Shown here piece by piece: positions 1 through 9,408 of a DNA stretch of 64,000 nucleotides (position 1 is the first letter of the stretch; every line of letters begins with the position of its first letter). The DNA is from Thermoanaerobaculia bacterium (GTDB lineage Bacteria > Acidobacteriota > Thermoanaerobaculia > Thermoanaerobaculales > Sulfomarinibacteraceae). Under the pieces are notes generated by a model. That model was not told where the DNA came from. It did not search any database and saw only the letters and a list, made by a program, of their open reading frames with translations. The stretch covers positions 658-64,657 of the forward strand of contig JAMOWA010000007.1 in assembly GCA_027061805.1 (NCBI GenBank), given 5' to 3'. Position numbers and translations under genes: made by a program.

Positions 1-150
1 TTAGTAACAAAAGGCTTTGAGGTGATAGAGTCCTTAGCGTTGTCGTGGGACAACGTCGCCGTTTCCGCAGGGTGGCGCTGTCACATAAATAATCCCCTCG
101 GCGCCAGCGGCACAGGCTACGCTCGCATCGTCTGCATCTCGGTGCAGTGA
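1..150 (+). CDS. C-terminal fragment of a hypothetical (possibly secreted) protein running in from the window edge
   Basis: Frame 1 is open from base 1: LVTKGFEVIESLALSWDNVAVSAGWRCHINNPLGASGTGYARIVCISVQ*, TGA at 148-150, followed by a strong hairpin; visibly lower GC than neighbours. Confidence 0.55.
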   Translation, partial: LVTKGFEVIESLALSWDNVAVSAGWRCHINNPLGASGTGYARIVCISVQ

Positions 151-180
151 CCGGGAACCGCCGCTCCCGAGACCAGGCCC

Positions 181-213
181 GGAGCGGGCCGGCCAACCCG
201 GCCGGCCCGCTCC
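181..213. terminator. Perfect 14-bp hairpin between convergent genes
   Basis: GGAGCGGGCCGGCC-AACCC-GGCCGGCCCGCTCC; no clear U-tract. Confidence 0.5.
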
Positions 214-223
214 TCAAACCCCC

Positions 224-266
224 GTCATCCCGACCGAGCTAGCAGAGCGAGCGAGCGGAGGGACCT
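224..266 (+). repeat. REP-like element with GTCATCCCG head
   Basis: GTCATCCCGACCGAGC...GCGAGCGGAGGGACCT resembles the widespread GTCATCC(C/T)GAGC..GCGAGGGA(T/C)CT intergenic palindromes; GTCATCCC heads recur at 5914, 31623 and 35129. Confidence 0.5.
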
Positions 267-304
267 ACCCCACGACCGCACCGCACCCCGGCGCGCCCCG
301 CGCC

Positions 305-1987
<1,683 letters not shown>

Positions 1988-2032
1988 CGTCAGGTCTCTT
2001 CGCCCACCATCATATCCGAGCGGCCGGGGGGC

Positions 2033-2178
2033 GCGGGGGCGCAGGGGCGCGACGGTGATGGAGAGCGCACGCCGCCGGAGCACCGTGGCGTCACACGATC
2101 TCGAATCCTCATTCGTTTCACGTTTCACGATCCAGGCGGCCGGGTCCCGGCGACGGCCTTCTCCCCCTGCGCCCCCGC
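2033..2178. repeat. Intergenic element with 15-bp terminal inverted repeats enclosing GTTTCAC heptamers
   Basis: GCGGGGGCGCAGGGG (2033-2047) is the exact reverse complement of 2164-2178; core CCTCATTCGTTTCACGTTTCACG (2107-2129) is identical to 24886-24908. Confidence 0.7.
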
Positions 2179-2195
2179 TCCCCTGCGCCTCCGCC

Positions 2196-3239
2196 TCACC
2201 TCCGGTCCAGCTCGAAGAGATCCTCGAAGCCGTCCTGCCGGTCGTCCACCTCCGTCCCGGGGACCGGGGCGCCCAGGGGGACATCCAGGGCGGCCGCGGT
2301 GGGCGAGGGCTCCGCCTTCACGGCGGTCCCGCCCCCGGGTACGGCGACCGGCGGCTTCTCCCCCCGCTCCACGATCAGCCCGGAGACCGGCGCGAAGGAG
2401 AGGAAGAGGCCCACGAGGCAGAAGGCGGCGGCGAGGTGGGACACCACCGCCAGCGCGAACCAGCCGGGCGTCCCCCCGAAGCCGGAGGTGCGGATCCCGG
2501 CGAGCAGGGGCAGCAACGTGAAGCCCTTGAGGAAGACGCCCCACAGGATGACCGTTCCCAGCGACCGCGGGAGGTCGGTGACGGCCCCGCGCAGGCCCCG
2601 CAGCCAGGCCATCACAGCGGAGCGCCTGCCCGGGGCGGCCAGCTCCCAGGCGCCCCGGAGGATGCCGATCCAGCAGAGCCAGACCACGAGGGCCGCCACG
2701 ATCATCCCCGCCAGCTGGAGGTTGACCATGCGGGTCTCCTCCATGGCCTTGCCGGCCTTCTTCGCCAGGACGAAGAACGGCGAGGCCAGGACGGCCGCCA
2801 GGACGCCCGTGCCCACGAGTCCCGCCAGGGCCAGCCTGAGGTAGCGGAACCACCGGAGCACGCCGAGCCCCACCATCTCCCCGAGGCGGAAGGTGCGCCC
2901 GCCACCGAGGCCGTACCAGCCGGTGACCCCGGCATGCCAGAGGACGGACCAGAACCACGCCAGGGCCAGCGCGCTCATGGCGAGCACGCCCACCACCCCA
3001 CCCAGCCGCCCCAGGGCCCAGAAGCCCACCAGGGCCACGTCGCCCGGCGCCGTGCCGCCGTCCACGGGCATGTTCTCCAACCAGGGGGCCAGGGCCCGGA
3101 CGATCGCCAGGAAGGGCACGAGCAGCAGGAGGGCCGGGACGAGCCAGGCGGCGAGCACGAGCCGCCAGAGCTTCCGGGCCTGGGCGAAGCCCCACGCGGG
3201 CGAGACCTTTGTCCTGATCGTTGTGGTGTCGGGTGTCAT
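2196..3239 (-). CDS. Multi-pass membrane protein of unknown function
   Basis: About 6-7 hydrophobic segments; starts 2 bp after the M1 peptidase stop. Confidence 0.8.
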   Translation of the reverse strand: MTPDTTTIRTKVSPAWGFAQARKLWRLVLAAWLVPALLLLVPFLAIVRALAPWLENMPVDGGTAPGDVALVGFWALGRLGGVVGVLAMSALALAWFWSVLWHAGVTGWYGLGGGRTFRLGEMVGLGVLRWFRYLRLALAGLVGTGVLAAVLASPFFVLAKKAGKAMEETRMVNLQLAGMIVAALVVWLCWIGILRGAWELAAPGRRSAVMAWLRGLRGAVTDLPRSLGTVILWGVFLKGFTLLPLLAGIRTSGFGGTPGWFALAVVSHLAAAFCLVGLFLSFAPVSGLIVERGEKPPVAVPGGGTAVKAEPSPTAAALDVPLGAPVPGTEVDDRQDGFEDLFELDRR

Positions 3240-3241
3240 GG

Positions 3242-5338
3242 TCAGCTCCAGGGAACGAGGTTCAGGCCCATCATCTGGAAGAGCTCCGCCATCCACCACA
3301 ACCTGCGGCGGAGGGCGCCCTCCTGCGGTCCGGCGCTCCAGTAGTTGTCCTCACGCCGGACCTCCAGGGCCCAGTCGCCATCGGGGTCCACCACCACGCG
3401 GTCGAGCTTCCTCTCCGAGACCTCGGACCAGATGGTCCAACGGTCCTCGCCGTCCCAGATGCGGCGCCCGACGGTGCCATCGTCCCAGGCGAGCTCCACC
3501 TCCACCGGCCCCCGGAAGCTCCCCCTGCGGACCAGGTGGACCTCCACCGTCCACGGGCCCTCGTCATCCTTCTCCTCTCCAGTCTCGCCCGTGTCCCCGT
3601 CCGCATCCTCCTCCCCGGCCGAGGCGATCTCCACCCACTGGCTCCCGTCCCAGCGGAAGCCCTCGGGCTCCTCGACCTCGCGCTGCCGGACCCTGGCGAC
3701 CCCGAAGTCCGGCACGGCATCCCCCTCGAAGGCCTGGTCGAAGAACCAGCTCCAGTCCCGGCCCGTGACCTCGTTGAAGGTGGTGAAGAAGTCCTGCTTG
3801 CCGGGATGGGCGAAGCGCCAGCGGTCCACGTAGGCCCGCATGGCCCGGAAGAAGGGGCCGGAGCCCGCCAGGCCCTGGAGCGTCTTGAGGATCAGGGCCG
3901 TCTTGGTGTAGCTGGCGAAGGAGTAGGTGCTCCGGGTCCGGTACTCCCAGGCGAAGCGGTCGGTCTTCACCGGGAGCCGCCGGCCCAGGGCCTGGAGCCG
4001 GTTGCCGGTCCAGGGGTCGTAGGCCTTCAGCTCGGGGACCAGGTGGTCCCGCATGATGGCCGCCGAGCAGGAGGCGTCGGAGAAGCTGTTGAAGCCCTCG
4101 TCCATCCAGGCCTCCTCGAACTCGTTCGTGGCCACCAGGCCGTAGAAGTACTGGTGGCCGAACTCGTGGATGGTCACCATCTCCACCAGGGGGATCCACT
4201 TCATGGGGGGCCACCGCATCCAGCGGCTGCCACCCGTGGTGATGAACATGGGGTATTCCATCCCGCCGGCCTCGCGGGCCGTGATGGGGGGGTCCACGAT
4301 GGTGAGCTGCGGGTAGGGCCAGGGACCGTACTTGAGTCCGTACCAGGCCAGGCCCAGCCGCGCCGCGCGGAGGGTCCGCTCCACGAGGACGTCCTGGGAC
4401 CGGGGGATGATCAGGCGGAGGTGCACCGGGGGAAGCTCGAGCTCCGCCGCGGCCACGCCGAGCTCCTCCGCCGTCTCGGCCAGCCAGGTGTCCGGCACGT
4501 CCCTGCCGGGCTCGAACTCGGCGTCCACCACCATCATGAGGGTGTCCGGAGCGGTGGTCCAGGCGAAGTCGTGCACGTGCTCCGCGTGGAAGGTGACCCG
4601 CTGGTACCGGGAGGTCCCCTCGGCGATCGCCTCCCGTGACATCTCCAGGCCCGTGGCCCCGAGGACCCAGCCCTCCGGCACCTCGATGGTCACGTCCCAG
4701 GTGGCGAAGTCCGCGTAGAACTCGGAGGATGCGTGGAACTGGTGGCAGTTCCAGCCGGCGGTCTCCCGCCCCCGGACCCCGGCATCCTCGAAGACCCCCG
4801 GCTTGGGGAACCACTGGCCCACCAGGTGGAAATCACCCGCCCACCCCGTCCGGGCCACCACCCGGGGAAGCTGGGCCTCGAACTCCAGGTGGAGGATCAC
4901 CGCACCCCCGGCCGGCACGGGCGCCGGCAGCGGCGTTCGCGCCACCGTGTAGTCGTCGGGGTTCCCGTCGTCGGGGCGCTCGAAGCTCAGCTCCGGCAGG
5001 AGGTCCGTCCCGTCGTCCAGGGTGAGCGACGTGATCCGGGTCCAGCCCCAGTGCGGGTCGTCCACCGTCCCGCCCCGGAGGTTCCGCTGCCCTCCCCCCA
5101 CCTCCTTCATGAAGGTGGTCTCGCTGCCCGCGAAGGCGTTGAGGTAGAGGTGCCACCAGATCTCCCCCGTGGGAACCGAGGCGGTGTTGGTCCACCGGAT
5201 CACCTCGGTGCCGGTGAGCCGGTGGGTGGCCGGGTCCAGGCGGACCTGGATGTCGTAGGCCACGGCGTCCACCGGCGTGGCGGACCACCCCATGCTTGCA
5301 ATCGTGAGAACGACGAACAACAGGCAGGCGTGTCTCAT
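3242..5338 (-). CDS. M1 family zinc aminopeptidase, secreted
   Basis: Signal peptide MRHACLLFVVLTIASMGWSA; GGMEYP motif; HEFGH...E zinc motif (NEFEEAWMDEG). Confidence 0.93.
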   Translation of the reverse strand: MRHACLLFVVLTIASMGWSATPVDAVAYDIQVRLDPATHRLTGTEVIRWTNTASVPTGEIWWHLYLNAFAGSETTFMKEVGGGQRNLRGGTVDDPHWGWTRITSLTLDDGTDLLPELSFERPDDGNPDDYTVARTPLPAPVPAGGAVILHLEFEAQLPRVVARTGWAGDFHLVGQWFPKPGVFEDAGVRGRETAGWNCHQFHASSEFYADFATWDVTIEVPEGWVLGATGLEMSREAIAEGTSRYQRVTFHAEHVHDFAWTTAPDTLMMVVDAEFEPGRDVPDTWLAETAEELGVAAAELELPPVHLRLIIPRSQDVLVERTLRAARLGLAWYGLKYGPWPYPQLTIVDPPITAREAGGMEYPMFITTGGSRWMRWPPMKWIPLVEMVTIHEFGHQYFYGLVATNEFEEAWMDEGFNSFSDASCSAAIMRDHLVPELKAYDPWTGNRLQALGRRLPVKTDRFAWEYRTRSTYSFASYTKTALILKTLQGLAGSGPFFRAMRAYVDRWRFAHPGKQDFFTTFNEVTGRDWSWFFDQAFEGDAVPDFGVARVRQREVEEPEGFRWDGSQWVEIASAGEEDADGDTGETGEEKDDEGPWTVEVHLVRRGSFRGPVEVELAWDDGTVGRRIWDGEDRWTIWSEVSERKLDRVVVDPDGDWALEVRREDNYWSAGPQEGALRRRLWWMAELFQMMGLNLVPWS

Positions 5339-5459
5339 CTTCCTCCCAGGGCGGAATACGGATCCTCTCCCGAATGGTTCTCTTTCCATGGAAGGACCGT
5401 GTCGCGGAGCCACTGGCGCCGGGACGTCTTCCACTCTACAGTGTCCATGGAGGTGGGCC

Positions 5460-5885
5460 GTGCGGCGAATCCTGGTGGTGCTCGTGCTGGCCCTCGCGGC
5501 GACCGCCGCCGCGCAGGACCGCACCTTCACACTTGGCCTCGAGGCCATGCCGCTGACGCCGCGCGACATCAGGACGCAGACGCGGCTCGCACAGTGGAGC
5601 TCCCCCATGGGCCGGGTGCAGTACGAGATGTCCAGGGCACAGGCCGGCGCCGGGTTCACGGGGCTCGTGGGCGGGGCGACCCCGGGCATCGCCTTCCGCG
5701 TGAAGGTCCAGGAGGGGCTCCCACTGCACCTGGTGAGCTCGGTGAACGTCGCCGGCGTCCAGCTGCACGAGCAGGAGGCCCTGGTCATCCGCTGGCCCTG
5801 GGAGAAGGATGAGAAGAGGCCCGAGCCACCACCCCTTGACGAGCAGATCTCCCGCCAGCTGGAGAGGCGTCTCGGGCTTCGTTGA
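5460..5885 (+). CDS. Secreted hypothetical protein
   Basis: GGAGGT RBS, GTG start, signal peptide MRRILVVLVLALAATAAA-QD, GC3-rich codons. Confidence 0.75.
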   Translation: MRRILVVLVLALAATAAAQDRTFTLGLEAMPLTPRDIRTQTRLAQWSSPMGRVQYEMSRAQAGAGFTGLVGGATPGIAFRVKVQEGLPLHLVSSVNVAGVQLHEQEALVIRWPWEKDEKRPEPPPLDEQISRQLERRLGLR

Positions 5886-5970
5886 GTCCGCGGACGTCCG
5901 GGCCGCCTCCCGAGTCATCCCCGGGAGCCGGCACCCCGGACCCCCACGTCCCCGCTGGACCTCCCGAAGA

Positions 5971-6243
5971 TCAGAGGATCTCCTTGAGGTTCTTGGACGG
6001 CTTGAACCGCACCGTCTTCGAGGCGGCGATCTGGATCGTCTCACCCGTGGCGGGGTTCCGGCCCTGGCGCGCGGGCCGCTCGGAGACCTGGAAGGTCCCG
6101 AATCCGGGCACCGTCACCTTGTCCCCGGCAGCGAGGTTCTCGGCCATGAGCTCGAAGACCTTCTCGAACACCTGCGCCACGTGGGTCCTCGGGTACCCGG
6201 TCAGCTCCGTGATCCTGTCCACCATTTCACCTTTTCCAGCCAT
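5971..6243 (-). CDS. hup: HU family DNA-binding protein
   Basis: GFGTFQVSERPARQGRNPATGETIQIAASKTVRFKPSKNLK; AAGGAGGT RBS. Confidence 0.97.
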   Translation of the reverse strand: MAGKGEMVDRITELTGYPRTHVAQVFEKVFELMAENLAAGDKVTVPGFGTFQVSERPARQGRNPATGETIQIAASKTVRFKPSKNLKEIL

Positions 6244-6271
6244 GTGACCTCCTTCATCACGTTGTCGATTC

Positions 6272-6300
6272 AACGTACACCGGCACCCGCGAACGGTCAA
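6272..6300 (-). promoter_or_regulatory. Sigma-70 promoter for HU
   Basis: Minus strand TTGACC-17 nt-TACGTT. Confidence 0.6.
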
Positions 6301-6438
6301 CGCCAGGGCGGCGGGTTCTCCGGCTCCAGGCCGGCGTTCTCCACCCAGAGCTCCGCCCGGCACGCCGCCGAGGTGCTCCGGGACCTCCGGGAGCTCATGG
6401 GGGCCGACGGGGCAGCGCCCGCCACGGACCGTCCCTGA
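6297..6438. pseudogene. Two back-to-back gene 3' ends joined at GAGCTC (deletion scar)
   Basis: Minus strand ELWVENAGLEPENPPPWR* and plus strand SARHAAEVLRDLRELMGADGAAPATDRP*; both have genome-like codon usage and lack a start. Confidence 0.45.
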
Positions 6439-6444
6439 CCGGCC

Positions 6445-9303
6445 TCAGTCGCCACCGTCACCGTCGTCCGCATCCTCCCCGCCGGTGGCACCAACCCGCA
6501 CGGCCAGGGCCTCCAGCCCCTCCGCGAGGGCTTCCCTGACCCGGGGAAGGAGCCGTCCGGCCTCCTCCAGCTCCCCCGTGCCCGCCGCCCTCTCCATGGA
6601 CAGGGCGAGGTCGGCCACGGCCACCAGGCCGAGGTTCAGGCTGCCGCCCTTGAGCCCGTGGGCCGCCTCCCGCATCTTCCGGGCATCCCCCGTCTCCAGC
6701 GCCTCCTCCATGATCCCCACCTGCCGCGCCGAGTAGTCCTCGAAGAGCTCCACCATGCTCCTGAGGAGCTCGCTGCCCCCGACCCCCACGAGTGTCTCCA
6801 GGCGGTTCTCGTCCAGCACGGTCCCAGGGCTCTCCGGAGGCTCGTGGTGCTCCTCCGGGGTGGCCTCCGTGGCCTGGAGGACGGTGCGCAGGTCCTCCAG
6901 CCGGAGCGGCTTGGCGATGTAGCCGTCCATGCCGGCCTCGATGCACCGGTCCCTGTCGCCCCGGAAGGCCAGGGCCGTCATGCCGATGATCCGGGGCGTG
7001 CCGTACTCCGGACCCGACCGGATCCTGCGGGTGGCCCCGATCCCGTCCAGCTCCGGCATGTGGACGTCCATGAGCACCACGTCGAAGGTGCGGGAGCCGA
7101 GCAGCTCGAGGACCCGCGTTCCGTCCTCGGCCACCTCCACCTCGCATCCCAGCCGGTGGAGCATGAGGACGGCCACGTGCCGGTTCACGGGGTTGTCGTC
7201 CGCCACGAGGACGCGGAGCCCCAGGCTCTCGGGCTCCACCGCTGTCTCCGCAGACTCCCGGTCTCCCCCGCCCTCGAGCAACCTCCGGAGCTTGGCCGCC
7301 AGGCGCAGCGGCCCCACGGGTTTCGTCAGGGGCAGCCGCTTCCCCGGGGCCTCCGCGTCCAGGTCCTTCTTCGAATCGAAGCCGGAGAGGAACACGATGT
7401 GCGGGATCTCCGCGTTCTCCAGGGCACGGATCGCCGTTGACAACCCGTCGAGCGCATCGTCCACCAGCGCCACCCGGGTCTCGGGAGCCTTCCGGAGGAC
7501 ACGGGTCACCCCCTTCCGGCCACCCTCCCCGGAGACGATGACCTCGCAGCCCCACCACTCGAGGAAGGAGCCCACGTTCCGGGCCAGAACCTCGTCCGGC
7601 GTCAGCAGCGCCACCACGCTGCCCTCGAAGCCCCTGAAGGGATCCTCCTCCCACCAGGGACCCGCGCCGGTCTTCGGGCCGGGCACCCAGAACCGGAACG
7701 TGCTCCCCTCGCCCGGTGTGCTCTCCACGGAGATCCCGCCGCCCATGAGCTCGCAGAGGCGGCGGCTGATGGACAGGCCGAGCCCGGTGCCCCCGTGGCG
7801 GCGCGCCACCGAGGCGTGGGCCTGCACGAAGGGGTCGAAGAGGGTCTCGAAGCGCTGCGGCGCGATCCCCTCCCCCGTGTCGGCGACGCTGATCTCGAGC
7901 ACCGGGCAACCCGCCGGGTTGGCGGAGGTCCCCAGCTCCACCGTCACGCTGCCCTCCTCGGTGAACTTCACGGCGTTGGACACGAGGTTGAGCAGCACCT
8001 GCCGGATCCTCAGGGGATCCCCGTGGAAGCGGGCCGGGACCTCGCGGTCCACCAGGATCCGGAGGTCGAGCCCCTTGTCCATGGCCTGGGGCACCACCAC
8101 GGCCACGGCATCCTCCACCAGCCGGACGGCGTCGAAGGGACGCTCCTCGATCTCCACGGCCCCGGACTCGATCCTCGAGAAATCGAGGATCTCGTTGATG
8201 ACGGTGAGGAGCGACTCGGCGCTCGTCCGGATGGTCTGCACGAGCTCGCGCTGGTCCTCCCCCAGGGGGGTGGTCTCCAGGAGGCTGGCCACGCCGAGGA
8301 TGCCGTTCATGGGGGTGCGGACCTCGTGGCTCATGGTGGCCAGGAACCGCTCCCGGGCGGCACTGGCCGACTCGGCGGCCTTCCGGGCCTCCTCCACCTC
8401 CGTCACGTCGTGGCAGCTCAGGACCACGCCCGCCACGCCGATGGTCTCCAGCGCCCGGTGCAGGAGGCAGTCCAGCACCCGGGGGGTCCCGTCCCGGCGC
8501 AGGAACCGGACCTGGAGGGTCTCCTCCACCTCCGCCCCGGAGATGCAGCGCCTGATGGCGGCCAGGACCTGGGCCACGTCGCTCTCGGGAACGAACTCGA
8601 GCACGCTCGTGCCGGAGAGCTCGGACGGCTGGTGGCCCAGGACCCTCTGGGTGGCCGCGTTGGCGAAGCGGATCTTCGTGTCGAGGTCCACGATGAACAC
8701 CACGTCCACCATGCGGTCCACGAGCGCCCGGAAGCGGTCCTCCTGGCGCTCGATCTGGTCGGCGAGGCGGCTCCGGATGGTCCGCTCCCTCCGGAGCTCC
8801 AGCGTCGTGAGGTAGGCCCTCAGGCTGCCGCAGAAGATGGCCACCACCGAGTTCATGTCGTCCAGCCGGATGGAGGCCAGCGGGTGCTGCAGCGTGTCCG
8901 ACCGGAGCAGGAGATAGCCCATGTCCCCGAGGGGCATGGCCACCAGCCGGCCCTTCTGGCCCGCCGCGTCCCCCACCAGCGGAATGGCGGTGGGGTCGGG
9001 CAGGGTCAGCCTGGACAGGCCCTCGTGGGTCGCCCGGACGAAGAGGGGGTGGTCCAGGCGGACGGCCTCGGGTGTCGTGCTCCCCACCGGCGCCACGCAC
9101 AGCTGGGCCAGCACGGTGGTGTCCCGGTCCCGTCCCGGGACGCCGTCCAGGGCGAGGAGCTCCCGGCGGACCCACACCGAGGCCTCCGAGACGTGGCGGA
9201 GCTCCAGCAGCCCGTGGACGAACGTGGCGCAGCACCGCTCGCTCGAGCCGCGGCCCGTGGCCGCCTCGAGGAGGGCGAACAGCGTCCTGTCGCGCGACAC
9301 CAT
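6445..9303 (-). CDS. Hybrid sensor histidine kinase (GAF-like/PAS-HisKA-HATPase-pseudoREC-REC-Hpt)
   Basis: FLATMSHEVRTPMNG, NLVSNAVKFT, GGTGLGL, REC VLMDVHMPELDG, Hpt AHGLKGGSLNLG. Confidence 0.93.
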   Translation of the reverse strand: MVSRDRTLFALLEAATGRGSSERCCATFVHGLLELRHVSEASVWVRRELLALDGVPGRDRDTTVLAQLCVAPVGSTTPEAVRLDHPLFVRATHEGLSRLTLPDPTAIPLVGDAAGQKGRLVAMPLGDMGYLLLRSDTLQHPLASIRLDDMNSVVAIFCGSLRAYLTTLELRRERTIRSRLADQIERQEDRFRALVDRMVDVVFIVDLDTKIRFANAATQRVLGHQPSELSGTSVLEFVPESDVAQVLAAIRRCISGAEVEETLQVRFLRRDGTPRVLDCLLHRALETIGVAGVVLSCHDVTEVEEARKAAESASAARERFLATMSHEVRTPMNGILGVASLLETTPLGEDQRELVQTIRTSAESLLTVINEILDFSRIESGAVEIEERPFDAVRLVEDAVAVVVPQAMDKGLDLRILVDREVPARFHGDPLRIRQVLLNLVSNAVKFTEEGSVTVELGTSANPAGCPVLEISVADTGEGIAPQRFETLFDPFVQAHASVARRHGGTGLGLSISRRLCELMGGGISVESTPGEGSTFRFWVPGPKTGAGPWWEEDPFRGFEGSVVALLTPDEVLARNVGSFLEWWGCEVIVSGEGGRKGVTRVLRKAPETRVALVDDALDGLSTAIRALENAEIPHIVFLSGFDSKKDLDAEAPGKRLPLTKPVGPLRLAAKLRRLLEGGGDRESAETAVEPESLGLRVLVADDNPVNRHVAVLMLHRLGCEVEVAEDGTRVLELLGSRTFDVVLMDVHMPELDGIGATRRIRSGPEYGTPRIIGMTALAFRGDRDRCIEAGMDGYIAKPLRLEDLRTVLQATEATPEEHHEPPESPGTVLDENRLETLVGVGGSELLRSMVELFEDYSARQVGIMEEALETGDARKMREAAHGLKGGSLNLGLVAVADLALSMERAAGTGELEEAGRLLPRVREALAEGLEALAVRVGATGGEDADDGDGGD

Positions 9304-9393
9304 GATGTCACCGGCTCCCTTCCCGGACAGTGTACCGTCCCCTGAGTCCCACCTGCATCCGGGCGCGGAGAACCCGGTCCGGGCCCGCGCCTC

Positions 9394-9402
9394 TGATATG
9401 CT
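9394..9402 (+). promoter_or_regulatory. Extended -10 promoter, probably giving a leaderless mRNA
   Basis: TG-A-TATGCT ending 6 nt before the GTG at 9409; no Shine-Dalgarno. Confidence 0.45.
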
Positions 9403-9408
9403 GCCGCC

